Positions 9,216-19,162 of a stretch of DNA of 64,000 bases are shown here, in pieces (positions within the stretch are counted from its first letter, which is position 1; every line of letters starts with the position of its first letter). The position numbers and the translations under genes are program-made. The stretch lies in IMG/VR virus record IMGVR_UViG_3300011008_000093, one strand, 5' to 3'. Source of the DNA: an uncultured virus (IMG/VR IMGVR_UViG_3300011008_000093) (taxonomy: Duplodnaviria > Heunggongvirae > Uroviricota > Caudoviricetes). A model generated the notes under the pieces. That model had not been told where the DNA came from and searched no databases. It was given only the letters and a program-made list of their open reading frames with translations.

Positions 9216-10223
9216 TCAATTTTCATGTTGAAACAGTTTTTCAGACTCCCAAAATAGTCGTCTGAACTGCCAGGTAGGAAAATAATACATTGGTGTGAAC
9301 CAGTAGTTGTCCAGGCTGTCGCCGCTATTCATCGGGTCTGTCAAGGAATCGCCGACCTTAAAATATCCAGCAACACCAAGCAGAGAAAGCTGAATGTAAC
9401 ACATCATTGCAGCCACCTGGTCGATGTCCTGCCCGGTAACAAGAAGAATGTCCTGGTAGTTTCGACCCATTTTTGCGAGTTTTTCTTTAATAACATTTGC
9501 CGCAGCGATCAGCGTAACGCCGCCACCGCAGCAGCAGTCATGAACCGTGATGATGCCTTTTTCTTCGATCTGTTTCTCGACGTCAACAAGCGTAATCTGA
9601 GCCATCAGGTGCGCAATATGATACGGCGTGAAGATTTGCATGTGTTCCTTGCTGTTCAGTCCAAGCTCTGTGTAAATATCACCGAGAAAATCCTGCTCCT
9701 GATTTTCCTCCAGCGCCAGAACAAGATATGCAAACAGCTCCGGAAACAGCATTTGTTCTTCTTTGTTGTATTTGTTGATTGTGCGAAGATAAAGTTCCTC
9801 GCGCTCATCATAATGAGACGAATCCACAGAGTTTGAGATAGCGCAGGCCACCATTGTCACAAAGTCAGTCCAAATATCCCAAGATCGCCAGCGATGAGTC
9901 AGTTCTTTGAAAATGCGCATAAACTCTTTGCGAATTTCTTGGTCTTTTGGATTTGTTGTCGTCTCGGTTTTTAGCGTCTCTGAATCAATAGACTGCTCTT
10001 CATGCGGCGCCGGTAAAATATAAGTCGGCTTTTCATGAATCAATTTGGGCTGTATAACCTGGGCTTCCGATTTCTCCACCGACTTTGTTTTTTGTTTTAC
10101 ATTTCCTTTTGGAAACGGCGGAATCCACTGCTGTGGGCGAGTTTTTGGAACCGCCGGTACTAACTTTTTGACCTGCGATTTCATCTTTTTTCGCGGCTTC
10201 TTCTTGTTGGTCTTATCAAACAT
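9216..10223 (-). CDS. N6-adenine methylase-like protein (SAM-binding part only)
   Basis: QIFTPYHIAHLMA, DCCCGGG, GQDID, GDSL; no NPPY/F motif seen. Confidence 0.7.
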   Translation of the reverse strand: MFDKTNKKKPRKKMKSQVKKLVPAVPKTRPQQWIPPFPKGNVKQKTKSVEKSEAQVIQPKLIHEKPTYILPAPHEEQSIDSETLKTETTTNPKDQEIRKEFMRIFKELTHRWRSWDIWTDFVTMVACAISNSVDSSHYDEREELYLRTINKYNKEEQMLFPELFAYLVLALEENQEQDFLGDIYTELGLNSKEHMQIFTPYHIAHLMAQITLVDVEKQIEEKGIITVHDCCCGGGVTLIAAANVIKEKLAKMGRNYQDILLVTGQDIDQVAAMMCYIQLSLLGVAGYFKVGDSLTDPMNSGDSLDNYWFTPMYYFPTWQFRRLFWESEKLFQHEN

Positions 10224-10248
10224 ATTTTTTTCTCCTTAAAAATATCAA

Positions 10249-10330
10249 TGCCGTCAGCGGGACTCGAACCCGCACGGATAGTTCCGGTGGATTTTAAGTC
10301 CACTATGTCTGCCGATTCCATCATGACGGC
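10249..10330 (-). tRNA. tRNA-Leu(TAA)
   Basis: Acceptor stem GCCGTCA/TGACGGC, anticodon arm GTGGA-CTTAAAA-TCCAC, long variable arm, GGTTCGAGTCC T-arm; CCA not encoded. Confidence 0.93.
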
Positions 10331-10647
10331 TTGTCTTCAATAAAACCTTTTTGAATTTCCACAACAAAACCCTCGTCTGTCAAATTGGCTTTGGGTCCGT
10401 ATATCAACCAGTGCATACCAATCGACTCTTTAGAATGACCCTGTTGACTGTAATATTCAAAAACCCGATCCATGACTGCCGGGGTGACGCAGATTCTGGA
10501 GGGTACAAACTCTATTTGATCACAAATATAACCGAATTTTGCTGCGATCAAATAATACAGATCCAGAATGGTGGTGAAGCATTCCGATTCCGTTACCTCC
10601 ATTTTTATGCTGATAAAACGATCCATTTCCAGAATAGAACCACCCAT
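10321..10647 (-). CDS. Hypothetical protein
   Basis: RBS aaggag; 3' end overlaps the tRNA by 10 nt. Confidence 0.6.
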   Translation of the reverse strand: MGGSILEMDRFISIKMEVTESECFTTILDLYYLIAAKFGYICDQIEFVPSRICVTPAVMDRVFEYYSQQGHSKESIGMHWLIYGPKANLTDEGFVVEIQKGFIEDKPS

Positions 10648-10733
10648 GAAGTTTTTTCTCCTTTCAAAAAATATAAAAGAGGACGCAGGCTTCTCCATAT
10701 AACCAGCGTCCTCTCATTTATAAGTATAAGGTT

Positions 10734-11225
10734 TTACTCCTGAGGATACTCATCTCCGGCATACTTGTCCGCAAACTCGTCTTCGTCAATGACCACATAC
10801 ATGGACCGAAGATAGGCTTTTACACCGCTTTTTTCGTTCTTGGTTCCTTCCTGAATGACCCAGTTATAAGGACGGATGGTCAGATCAACTGTCCGAATTT
10901 CAGCGAAATCCAGGGTGCTGATGCTTTCCTCATCCAGACGAGTTTTCTTTCTTTTCGTGATCATATAAACGGTGGGTGGAATGTTGTCAAAGCTGACTGC
11001 AACCTGAATATAATACCGGGGTTCTTCCCCTTCTTCCCGGGGAGGACGGACCCTCACATTCCAACCGTCGTCGATCAATCTCTGCGCATATTCAGGATCA
11101 TCGATGTAAACGCAGAAGTTCCGCTGACCTTCCCGGTTATACTTGCTTTCCCGTCCGGAGAAGTTCCGGAACAGCAGCCGTGCGTTTTCGATTTTCAGAT
11201 TCTCATTCACTCTCGGATTAGCCAT
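10734..11225 (-). CDS. Putative ssDNA-binding protein
   Basis: FRNFSG...RNFCV...[10 protein letters not shown]...GVKAYL, acidic C-terminus, replication context. Confidence 0.65.
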   Translation of the reverse strand: MANPRVNENLKIENARLLFRNFSGRESKYNREGQRNFCVYIDDPEYAQRLIDDGWNVRVRPPREEGEEPRYYIQVAVSFDNIPPTVYMITKRKKTRLDEESISTLDFAEIRTVDLTIRPYNWVIQEGTKNEKSGVKAYLRSMYVVIDEDEFADKYAGDEYPQE

Positions 11226-11257
11226 AATTATTATCTCCTTTCGAAATACAAAACAAA

Positions 11258-11476
11258 TTAAAGGCCCTTCTCGCTGAATACCGGATGCCCAACAATAAAT
11301 CGAAGTGCAATATAACCAGTAATAACAGCTGGCACAACATTGATCATTGTAATACCGGCCATGTAGATTCCCGCTGTAGTTTTACTCGTCTTTGCAATCG
11401 CTGCTATGTTTTCGCCGATGTTCGGAGCACGATCACCTACTTGTTTCGCAAAGTTTCCAAAATCGATTTTCAACAT
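11258..11476 (-). CDS. Small membrane protein
   Basis: RBS and hydrophobic C-terminal half. Confidence 0.55.
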   Translation of the reverse strand: MLKIDFGNFAKQVGDRAPNIGENIAAIAKTSKTTAGIYMAGITMINVVPAVITGYIALRFIVGHPVFSEKGL

Positions 11477-11499
11477 AACATTTCTCCTTTACACAAAAA

Positions 11500-11528
11500 T
11501 ATAAAGGACCCGTGTTTCCACGAGTCCT
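11500..11528 (-). terminator. Intrinsic terminator with CGTG-GAAA-CACG core
   Basis: GGACTCGTG GAAA CACGGGTCC followed by a T-rich tail on the minus strand. Confidence 0.7.
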
Positions 11529-11534
11529 CCGCTT

Positions 11535-11774
11535 TTATTCGGATCTAAATCCCCTTCCTACAAGATAGTTCTCTGCCTGTTTCGTCTTGGGTTTGACACG
11601 AATAGTCAAGACCCCGACATCCCATTCCCCATAGCCGAACCAGTCTCTCCAGCCTACGAAATCCCGAATACCCAACTGGGTCTCCGGATCAACATAGTCC
11701 AAGCGACAATGGTCGCCCATGAGTTCTGCGATCATCGCGGTAAACTCTGTCTTTGTCATTTCCTTCTTAAACAT
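11535..11774 (-). CDS. Hypothetical protein (motif-headed cassette)
   Basis: RBS ggagg; flanked by the motif and a terminator. Confidence 0.65.
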   Translation of the reverse strand: MFKKEMTKTEFTAMIAELMGDHCRLDYVDPETQLGIRDFVGWRDWFGYGEWDVGVLTIRVKPKTKQAENYLVGRGFRSE

Positions 11775-11803
11775 GATAAATACCTCCGTTATGAAGTAAT
11801 TTT

Positions 11804-11832
11804 CTCCATAACAGAGGTTGCAAAATATGCGG
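11804..11832 (-). promoter_or_regulatory. CGC-N8-CAR-N4-TNTTA motif copy
   Basis: CCGCATATTTTGCAACCTCTGTTATGGAG. Confidence 0.65.
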
Positions 11833-11834
11833 TT

Positions 11835-12104
11835 TTATCTGCCGATCTGCTCGTCAATGTGAGCGCCGATTCGATCAAAGTCCAGATTAAAATATAACAT
11901 GGTGCACATCAAACTGACCCACATTTCACCAATCAAATCTTCCAATTCTTCTTTCGAGCCAGCTTCATCGAGATGTGTCGAATATTCACGAATCTGATAA
12001 GCCAGGTTGAAACATTTGTTGGTTGCAATGAACGGGACCTGAATACCTCCTTCTTCACAGATCCGCTCACAGCGCTCTACAAAATCTTTGTTGTCGTAAC
12101 CCAT
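11835..12104 (-). CDS. Hypothetical protein
   Basis: 89-aa ORF in operon orientation. Confidence 0.55.
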   Translation of the reverse strand: MGYDNKDFVERCERICEEGGIQVPFIATNKCFNLAYQIREYSTHLDEAGSKEELEDLIGEMWVSLMCTMLYFNLDFDRIGAHIDEQIGR

Positions 12105-12160
12105 AAGATTTCTATGAATTTTCTCCTTTCCTAAGTGTAAATATCAGTCTACCATAAACG

Positions 12161-15100
12161 CTACCTTACGTCAAATGGTGAACCGTCATCCTGAAACGGT
12201 TCCCCGGCGTGAAACCAGGGAGCAGAATCGGAAACATAAGGATCCTCCGAAGTAAACCATTCAAAATCTCCGAACTCGGAAATATCATGAATTGCGGAGT
12301 CAACAAGGGCATCATAATAACTCCGGTCGATCGCATCCATCATGTCCAACTGTTTGACAGTTTCGGATTCCAACCAGCGATAGCCCTTGGTGCCGGTCAC
12401 TGCATCATACTTTATCCTTCCGTTCTTATCTGTTGATTGCCGGACAAGAAGACCTCCGTTATGACCGGGTTGAATCGGACAGAAATGACCGACTTTGCCA
12501 ATAAAAATGTAATTATGACAAGCAGCAATATCGGCATCCAATCCTTCCAGCATTTCTGTGGCGTCTCTAAGGTTCTCTTCCTGCCATTGTTTATAAAGTT
12601 TAGCCCATTCTTTTTCCAGTTCCGAAGAATCCGGCAGATTCTCATTCATGTCCAGATAGATGGCACCGGTCACAGACTTGGTTTCGCAGAGGTCATCAAA
12701 TATAATTTCTTCATGAGAGAACAGCTTTTTGAACACATAGGGGATCTGGAACTGGGTACCGGTCGCGGTCCACTCTCCTGGGTGTTTCTTAATATCACTG
12801 GGAACATAGCCATATTTGGACTGGCACTGCTCCGCTGTGTCATACCGGGCAATATAAACAGCATTATTCACCAAACACATGCGGTCATAAGTAGCCTCAT
12901 GCTCAAAAGTATAGCCATACATCTGACCATAGTCCATCACAAACTTGATAATATCAGGCGTGGCATCCGGAATCTTGATAGAATCTGTCTTGATGTGAGC
13001 AACCGTAAAGCCCCGTTTCTGGACCTCATGCTTGAGGTTGACCATGAACAGGGCTCCGCGTTTGGCGACGATATTATCTTTATTTCGATTATCCCGGAAA
13101 GGATTATCGAAGTTAGCCGAAGTCAGACCGTATACCGAGTTGATGGCGATTTTCAGAGCCTGAGCCAAAGCATCTGCGGCGCTTTCATCTGTCAGATACT
13201 TTGCCAAGGCGCCATTCAGCATTTTTCGGGCCTTATCGAATTCTTTGTGCTTGATCAGAACACGGGCATCCCGAATCTCCTGAAATCGTTTCGTGTATTC
13301 GGCACCAAACAATTGCTCAGCAATAATACTTGAAGGATGCATGGACGCGATATCCAGCAGCGCTACGTTCCCGTACATACCTGGCTCTGCATAGACATAT
13401 CCGCCTTCGCCGACCACTTCTCCCCGGTAGGTTGAAATCCCTTTTTCGTATTTATACCCCGGAAAAATCGGCCGTTTCTTTTTGTCAAAGGCGGTGAACT
13501 CGTCGTACTCACCAATCCATGGCAGATCCGCCTCCGGATCATAAATCTGCGACACATCTCCCATATCACGATAACTGAACTGATCCTGAGGCTTTCGATT
13601 GGTACCAAATATAATTCTGGTGGTCAGTGTGTTAGTCGTGTCGTTAACAGTCAGACCTGCCACATCTGCCAGAATCTCACGAGCAACAAAATCAGCATGT
13701 CTGGCGTTGAATACTGCCTCCGTAGCGATTACATCGTTATCGCAATATTCTGCGACTTTTTGCCAGAGTTCTTCCGGTACTGGTTCATCCCAGGGCAGAC
13801 CCAGTTCCTGATGATGAATGCCAAGCTCAATCTCCCACTTCTTCAAGCTCTGTTTCTTGGAGCAGAAATCATATACGTCCGTATAAGATACATTATAGGC
13901 TTCTCCGAAATAGCAGTTGTTGCTCTTGGCCTTCTTGTTTTCACTGCTGATGATTTTCTGAGACAGATTGTAAAGCTGCTCATTGGAATATCCCATGAGG
14001 CGGGCATAGAGAATATGATTGTCATATCGCCGGCAGTTGAAACCAACCAGACGGAACTTCATCAGTTCCTCGATTTCCACCGGCGTGGGATTGATCATCC
14101 GGACAACCGTCTGCCCTTCTCCTTCAATCTTCCAGTTTACAAGGAACAGATTCGGAAATACCTCCACGTCGTAAAAGACCAGCCTAGTGTCTTCATTTTC
14201 CGCAGGGGCCGCTTTTTCTTCAGACTTGAAAGGCATCTTGTTTACCAGCTTAATACAGTAATCCGCCTGATGGGTACTGTTCGCCGCAAACGCCAGAACT
14301 GCATTCCGCATATCCGTTACGTCGTAGGTCATACCGCTGTCGTAAGCATCCGTCAAAATCTTAAATATAAAGTCGATACTGGGCTTGGTCGCAGGATGGA
14401 TCTCTTTGTTGAGATTTCGCTTGATCTGTACTCTGAGCCCTTTTTCACTTTGTACCACCTTATCATTTACCACATTTTTTTCTCCTTTCAGTGGCAGCCC
14501 GGAACTGATCGTGGCGATGGGCAAGTCATTGCATTTGCTGAGCCTTCGACGAAGAGAGCTGTTGCCGGTGAAGACTTTGATCTCAATGTTTTCGTCAAAA
14601 ACTCTGCTGAGTTTGGCCGGATCGCCTCCCGTATAAATATAATGGAGATGAACACCTCCGCCTTTGCTGAGTTCGGCATAAGTGGGTGTCCATTTCGCCG
14701 CTTCTTCCAGATTTCGCTGCGTGTCTTTGTTTCCGTCTTTGTCCTTGAAATCAAAATCGGCAACAATATGAATATCAGGAGGCATTACGTAGTGAAGCTT
14801 TGTCGTGTCAAGATCCTTCAGCGTGGATTTGACTTTTTCCCACTTGCGCATAGGGGTTCCGCTTTCGGAAGCATACTGAGCAGGACAATCAGCAAGTTCC
14901 TTGTCCAAAAGAGATTCGGTGCAGTTGAGCTCCAAAACCTTTTTAGGGGTAGGAACCGGTTCCTCTTTGGTGTCCGCGCCCTGCTCATCAAACTTTTCCG
15001 TCCGAAAACCATGATAATAACTTCTGACTCGGGTTCCGTCGCCCATGTTGAAGCGTTCATCATATTCCCGAAAATAGTTTTTTAGTTCTTCCTTGAATAC

Positions 15101-16285
15101 CATTCGGGACAGAGGATATAAAACCTTTGCTTCGTCACAATAGGTCTTATACATCTCCCAGGCGCTCTTCATAGAAACGCCGTCTTCCCGTTTGAAGACA
15201 TGATAGGAATCCACAACAAAATTGTAAAAATCGTTGGAAGCGCCCATCATGGCGATGGGAATATAATCATCATAGTAATTCGGATTCTCTAAAAATACCT
15301 GCTGACAATGATACGCGATTCCACCCAATTCAAAGTTGACCTGTTTTGCCAATTGGTCGTACTCTGCCCGAGGAATTTTATCCCCGGTGGGAGTGACGTC
15401 GATCAGGCGGCGAATCAGGCCGGACTTGGCGTCCGTAATCTTGACCGGTTTGTTCGTTGCCATGAACAAAAAGGTTTTAAAACGGGTGGAATAAGTAGCT
15501 TTGTATTTTTCATTCACGGTCATTAACTCATGGGAAGTAAGGCTATTGAGTCTGGTGTTGTCTTCAATTCGGGACAGATCGCCATCATGCTGAATGGCAA
15601 CCAGAGGATTGGTTCGAAATGCTTCCAGAGCGAATACATTGCTGGACGAACCCAGACTCTTCGCATCGAACACGGAAAAATATCCCTCAAACAATTTTTC
15701 AATGATGTTGATAACAGTAGATTTACCGGACTTCGGAGGACCATAAAGAACCATGAATTTTTGAAGATCTTTTGATCCTCCGGAAACAACAGCCCCAATT
15801 GCCCATTCGATTTTATGCCGCTCCTGGGGAGAATATAAAGTACCGACAAGACGGTCCCATGCCGGTGTTTCTTTATCTTCCAATGGATAGGTAAGGCATT
15901 TGCTGGCATAGTCTTTTTTACCCGTTTTCGTATTGGAAAATATCAATTTTTCATCCAGCATATGAAACCGGTCTTTCATCTGTTTCTGACAATACTTGTG
16001 CCAGGAATCGATCATACCGGTCTCCGCATCCCACATATGCATGACACGGATGTTATCGTCGAAGCGGCTGCGGTTTTCATCTGCGTAACGATCCAGCTCA
16101 CGGTCGATCAAGTCGACCGCATCCTGTTCGTCAGTCGACCATAATCCCCGTTCTTCAATCCAGATAGCATAGAAATCACCGCCTCTTATCATGAGGTCAT
16201 TGCTTTTCTTGATGATAAACTTGGGATAGATCTCGATGATACCGCGTTTGGTGCTTCGCGTTGAAATCATCAAGAAGTCCAACAT
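12161..16285 (-). CDS. SF3 helicase / AEP primase / 3'-5' exonuclease / family B DNA polymerase fusion
   Basis: GPPKSGKS Walker A; DFD..SKGGGVHLHY primase; YDVE, GFN..YD, YCDND exonuclease; LDIASMHPS, KIAINSVYG, IKTDS PolB. Confidence 0.9.
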   Translation of the reverse strand: MLDFLMISTRSTKRGIIEIYPKFIIKKSNDLMIRGGDFYAIWIEERGLWSTDEQDAVDLIDRELDRYADENRSRFDDNIRVMHMWDAETGMIDSWHKYCQKQMKDRFHMLDEKLIFSNTKTGKKDYASKCLTYPLEDKETPAWDRLVGTLYSPQERHKIEWAIGAVVSGGSKDLQKFMVLYGPPKSGKSTVINIIEKLFEGYFSVFDAKSLGSSSNVFALEAFRTNPLVAIQHDGDLSRIEDNTRLNSLTSHELMTVNEKYKATYSTRFKTFLFMATNKPVKITDAKSGLIRRLIDVTPTGDKIPRAEYDQLAKQVNFELGGIAYHCQQVFLENPNYYDDYIPIAMMGASNDFYNFVVDSYHVFKREDGVSMKSAWEMYKTYCDEAKVLYPLSRMVFKEELKNYFREYDERFNMGDGTRVRSYYHGFRTEKFDEQGADTKEEPVPTPKKVLELNCTESLLDKELADCPAQYASESGTPMRKWEKVKSTLKDLDTTKLHYVMPPDIHIVADFDFKDKDGNKDTQRNLEEAAKWTPTYAELSKGGGVHLHYIYTGGDPAKLSRVFDENIEIKVFTGNSSLRRRLSKCNDLPIATISSGLPLKGEKNVVNDKVVQSEKGLRVQIKRNLNKEIHPATKPSIDFIFKILTDAYDSGMTYDVTDMRNAVLAFAANSTHQADYCIKLVNKMPFKSEEKAAPAENEDTRLVFYDVEVFPNLFLVNWKIEGEGQTVVRMINPTPVEIEELMKFRLVGFNCRRYDNHILYARLMGYSNEQLYNLSQKIISSENKKAKSNNCYFGEAYNVSYTDVYDFCSKKQSLKKWEIELGIHHQELGLPWDEPVPEELWQKVAEYCDNDVIATEAVFNARHADFVAREILADVAGLTVNDTTNTLTTRIIFGTNRKPQDQFSYRDMGDVSQIYDPEADLPWIGEYDEFTAFDKKKRPIFPGYKYEKGISTYRGEVVGEGGYVYAEPGMYGNVALLDIASMHPSSIIAEQLFGAEYTKRFQEIRDARVLIKHKEFDKARKMLNGALAKYLTDESAADALAQALKIAINSVYGLTSANFDNPFRDNRNKDNIVAKRGALFMVNLKHEVQKRGFTVAHIKTDSIKIPDATPDIIKFVMDYGQMYGYTFEHEATYDRMCLVNNAVYIARYDTAEQCQSKYGYVPSDIKKHPGEWTATGTQFQIPYVFKKLFSHEEIIFDDLCETKSVTGAIYLDMNENLPDSSELEKEWAKLYKQWQEENLRDATEMLEGLDADIAACHNYIFIGKVGHFCPIQPGHNGGLLVRQSTDKNGRIKYDAVTGTKGYRWLESETVKQLDMMDAIDRSYYDALVDSAIHDISEFGDFEWFTSEDPYVSDSAPWFHAGEPFQDDGSPFDVR

Positions 16286-16293
16286 GAGCTCGT

Positions 16294-16521
16294 TTATTCT
16301 CCTTTTTCGTTCTCCAGGTTCTTGATCCGAATGGACTGTCTGTACAGTTCCTCTCCCTGCTGATAGATTTTATATAACATGTAAATACCCGCAGCCTTGG
16401 TAAGAATACTGCCGGTTTTCAGCTTCTTGATTTGCTTTTCCAGAACGGCGTTATTGATGTTTTCCAGCTTCACCATATCGCCCAAGTTTCTAACAATAAA
16501 AGTTCGATTCTTTTTTGCCAT
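16294..16521 (-). CDS. Hypothetical protein
   Basis: Operon-packed ORF with RBS. Confidence 0.6.
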   Translation of the reverse strand: MAKKNRTFIVRNLGDMVKLENINNAVLEKQIKKLKTGSILTKAAGIYMLYKIYQQGEELYRQSIRIKNLENEKGE

Positions 16522-16522
16522 A

Positions 16523-17080
16523 TCAGAAATTCCTTTCTTTCATCAGTTCACTCAAATAATAGTTCATCTGATACCATATTTCTGTTGCCCGCATATCTCG
16601 TCCGTTGTTAACGACGAATAAACCGCCTTCTCCGTTTGGTTCATAGTCTCGTTCCAGAAAACGGTCCAGGACTCGATCCACATAACGACGGTCGTAGCAA
16701 ATATCAGTCATGTCGTCAAGTCCCAGACTGCCAAGCATTTCCCAAAACCATTGTCCGGTCCGGTTTCCTATATCGGGATTATCCATTAAATGCTCTTCGC
16801 ACCGAATCGAAAGAGCGATCATCATTTCCAGAACACTGCACGGACGATCATCCAGGAAAGAGGCTATTATATAATCGTCATAATTCTGCTCGTGGCCGAA
16901 CCGATATCTGAGATCGATGCCGTCTTCGGCCCGGTTGCCGTCCATCGGAATCGTGTAAATGAATTCGGTATCATATAATCTGGAAAATAATTTTTGATAC
17001 GAATTTTTTGAATATCGGTTGTTGACCACGATCTGATACATCCAATCAAAATACTGATTGATCAGTTCGTTTTTGGTCAA
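16523..17080 (-). CDS. Hypothetical phage protein
   Basis: DGNRAEDGIDLRYRF...CSVLEMMIAL...EIWYQM. Confidence 0.75.
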   Translation of the reverse strand: MTKNELINQYFDWMYQIVVNNRYSKNSYQKLFSRLYDTEFIYTIPMDGNRAEDGIDLRYRFGHEQNYDDYIIASFLDDRPCSVLEMMIALSIRCEEHLMDNPDIGNRTGQWFWEMLGSLGLDDMTDICYDRRYVDRVLDRFLERDYEPNGEGGLFVVNNGRDMRATEIWYQMNYYLSELMKERNF

Positions 17081-17097
17081 TCAAAATATCTCCTTTC

Positions 17098-17721
17098 TCA
17101 GATATTAGAGGGGAGGTTCTTCCGAACATCTGCGTAACGTCTCAGATCTTTCAGGACCTCGTAATCGCAGCGCTTCTCATCATTACGACAGTATACGGAA
17201 TCGTCTTCATATTCTCCAAAATGATTCAAAGCGTCCCCTACAATTTCTTCGACATCGTCAATAATTACGCCGTTTTCATCCGCAAGGATACCGTCAGAAT
17301 AGTACATCAGACTGATCTGTCTGTACTCTTCCAGATCCCCAAATTCATAAGGTGTGATCACATATGATGGATTGTTATCGGGAACCTTTTCAGAAATATC
17401 ATTTTTGGAAGAATTAACAGAAGTGCTGTATTGAACATACTTTCCGTATTTTCGCCCGGCATACTCCATAATATCTTCCTTATCAGGAATTTTATCGTCA
17501 GCAAGAACACTGGGAGCCTGGACATTCTCCAGTCCAAGTTTCATTGTCAGTTCTTTGATTTGCTCTTCCAGCTTTTTTTCCTGTTTCCGAAACGCTGCTT
17601 TGACAGAACCAATGTCTTCTTCAGACTGTTTTACATACATGTCTTTTAGAATATACCAGGTCGCGGCACTTCCCCCCGCAGCACCCAGCAGAAAAGCAGC
17701 AGCTGTTTTAAAAGTCGACAT
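17098..17721 (-). CDS. Hypothetical phage protein with N-terminal hydrophobic anchor
   Basis: FLLGAAGG N-terminus; YVITPYEFG...YYSDG...VYCRND. Confidence 0.75.
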   Translation of the reverse strand: MSTFKTAAAFLLGAAGGSAATWYILKDMYVKQSEEDIGSVKAAFRKQEKKLEEQIKELTMKLGLENVQAPSVLADDKIPDKEDIMEYAGRKYGKYVQYSTSVNSSKNDISEKVPDNNPSYVITPYEFGDLEEYRQISLMYYSDGILADENGVIIDDVEEIVGDALNHFGEYEDDSVYCRNDEKRCDYEVLKDLRRYADVRKNLPSNI

Positions 17722-17893
17722 AGCTTTCTTCCTCCGTTTTAGTTGGTTCTTCGTCTTTAATACTCATGACCGTAACAGCCAGGCCACCAAACAACAAAGC
17801 GGCACTCAGAAGAATGCCGCCCGTGATATGTCGTTTTCTTTTTGTATCCAGGACAAAATCCATCATGGAGATCATATTAGCAAAGTTCTCCAT
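17708..17893 (-). CDS. Small membrane protein
   Basis: RKRHITGGILLSAALLFGGLAVTVM; RBS gagagg. Confidence 0.65.
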   Translation of the reverse strand: MENFANMISMMDFVLDTKRKRHITGGILLSAALLFGGLAVTVMSIKDEEPTKTEEESYVDF

Positions 17894-18023
17894 TACACTA
17901 CCTCTCTCCTGCCAGAAGAGCAAGACCACTGATCAGACACAAGCCAGAAACCGTAGAGAGCCCATAGGCAAGCAACGCTTTCAGATACCGGTTCATCATG
18001 AAATTACCCCTTTTTAAAAAATA

Positions 18024-18986
18024 TCAATACTGATGTGTCGCAAGATCGCTGGTGATGTCGCCGACGGTATTAAAGTCCAGAATAAACCCTTCGATATAAT
18101 CTCCGCCATACTCAGATTCCATCTCTCTGCGGACTTCAAAAATTCCGAAATCCACAAAATTGTCCCCCTTGGGATTCTTAATATCATAAATCCACCCGAC
18201 TACCTGACCATAGTCCGTCAGGGGGAATCCCAACATCTCATATACATCATTCAGGAACAGATGCCCCCGCGCCCGAAGCTTATCGTTGGCCTGAGACTGA
18301 AGTGCTTTGAGATAAAACCGGGACTGCTCCGGATCCTTCATCCATGCCCGATTGGCTTCATCAAAATATCTTGCATAGGGACTGTGATCAGAAGGATCCC
18401 ATCCGGCAGCACCATAATTCTTAACTTCTTTAACTTTCTTTTCCTTGCCTTCTTCATCCACCATCGTAGACTTGACTTCCTTGGCTTTGATGTTATAGCG
18501 AAGCTCTTTTTCCACCTGTTCGCCGAATTTCTCCACCACACGATCACGATAGTCTTTGAAGGACTTGTCCAAAGTCGTGTAAGCTGCCGCGATAGCAATG
18601 TTTCGTTTTTTTAAAATATGATGACTAGCCAAAATGGACGTGATGGATGCGGCGCCAAGAAGAGCTGCCGGCGCATACAACTTCAGATACTTCACCGTCG
18701 TCTTGACATAAACGATAGTCAGATCTTTCTTGTTGTCTTCCTGGGTATAGGTTTCTCCGGCCTTGGTGACACCGGCTTCTGAAGCTTCATGAATCTCGTT
18801 CAGGCTTTCCTTTGCTTCTTCCGCAATCGCGCCGGCTTTTGTAGTTGCTTTGCAGGCCATTACGGTGCTGACAACCACTCCGATCACACCCGTCACAACC
18901 AGAATTTCCGGGCTCCTTTTCTGAATTTTAAAACCGACCTTGTTCAAAGCAAGACCGGCGGATTTTACAAGTTCTTTTCCTTTCAT
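18024..18986 (-). CDS. DUF6353-like protein (paralogue 1)
   Basis: SPEIL..G..G....VMACKAT...YAPA...AAAY...LFLNDVYEMLG...VGW. Confidence 0.75.
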   Translation of the reverse strand: MKGKELVKSAGLALNKVGFKIQKRSPEILVVTGVIGVVVSTVMACKATTKAGAIAEEAKESLNEIHEASEAGVTKAGETYTQEDNKKDLTIVYVKTTVKYLKLYAPAALLGAASITSILASHHILKKRNIAIAAAYTTLDKSFKDYRDRVVEKFGEQVEKELRYNIKAKEVKSTMVDEEGKEKKVKEVKNYGAAGWDPSDHSPYARYFDEANRAWMKDPEQSRFYLKALQSQANDKLRARGHLFLNDVYEMLGFPLTDYGQVVGWIYDIKNPKGDNFVDFGIFEVRREMESEYGGDYIEGFILDFNTVGDITSDLATHQY

Positions 18987-19162
18987 GTTTAATCTCCTTA
19001 TAATATTTTAGATAATCGGTCCAAACTGAGAGATCCTCGTTTGGCGTCTTTTGCGTACTCAACGTACTCTTGTTCAGTAGAAAACAGCATCCATCGCCCC
19101 AGGACCCAGCCTTTGTATCCGTATGAGGTATAATATCCACCCACAAGCTGATTCCTCCCGAA

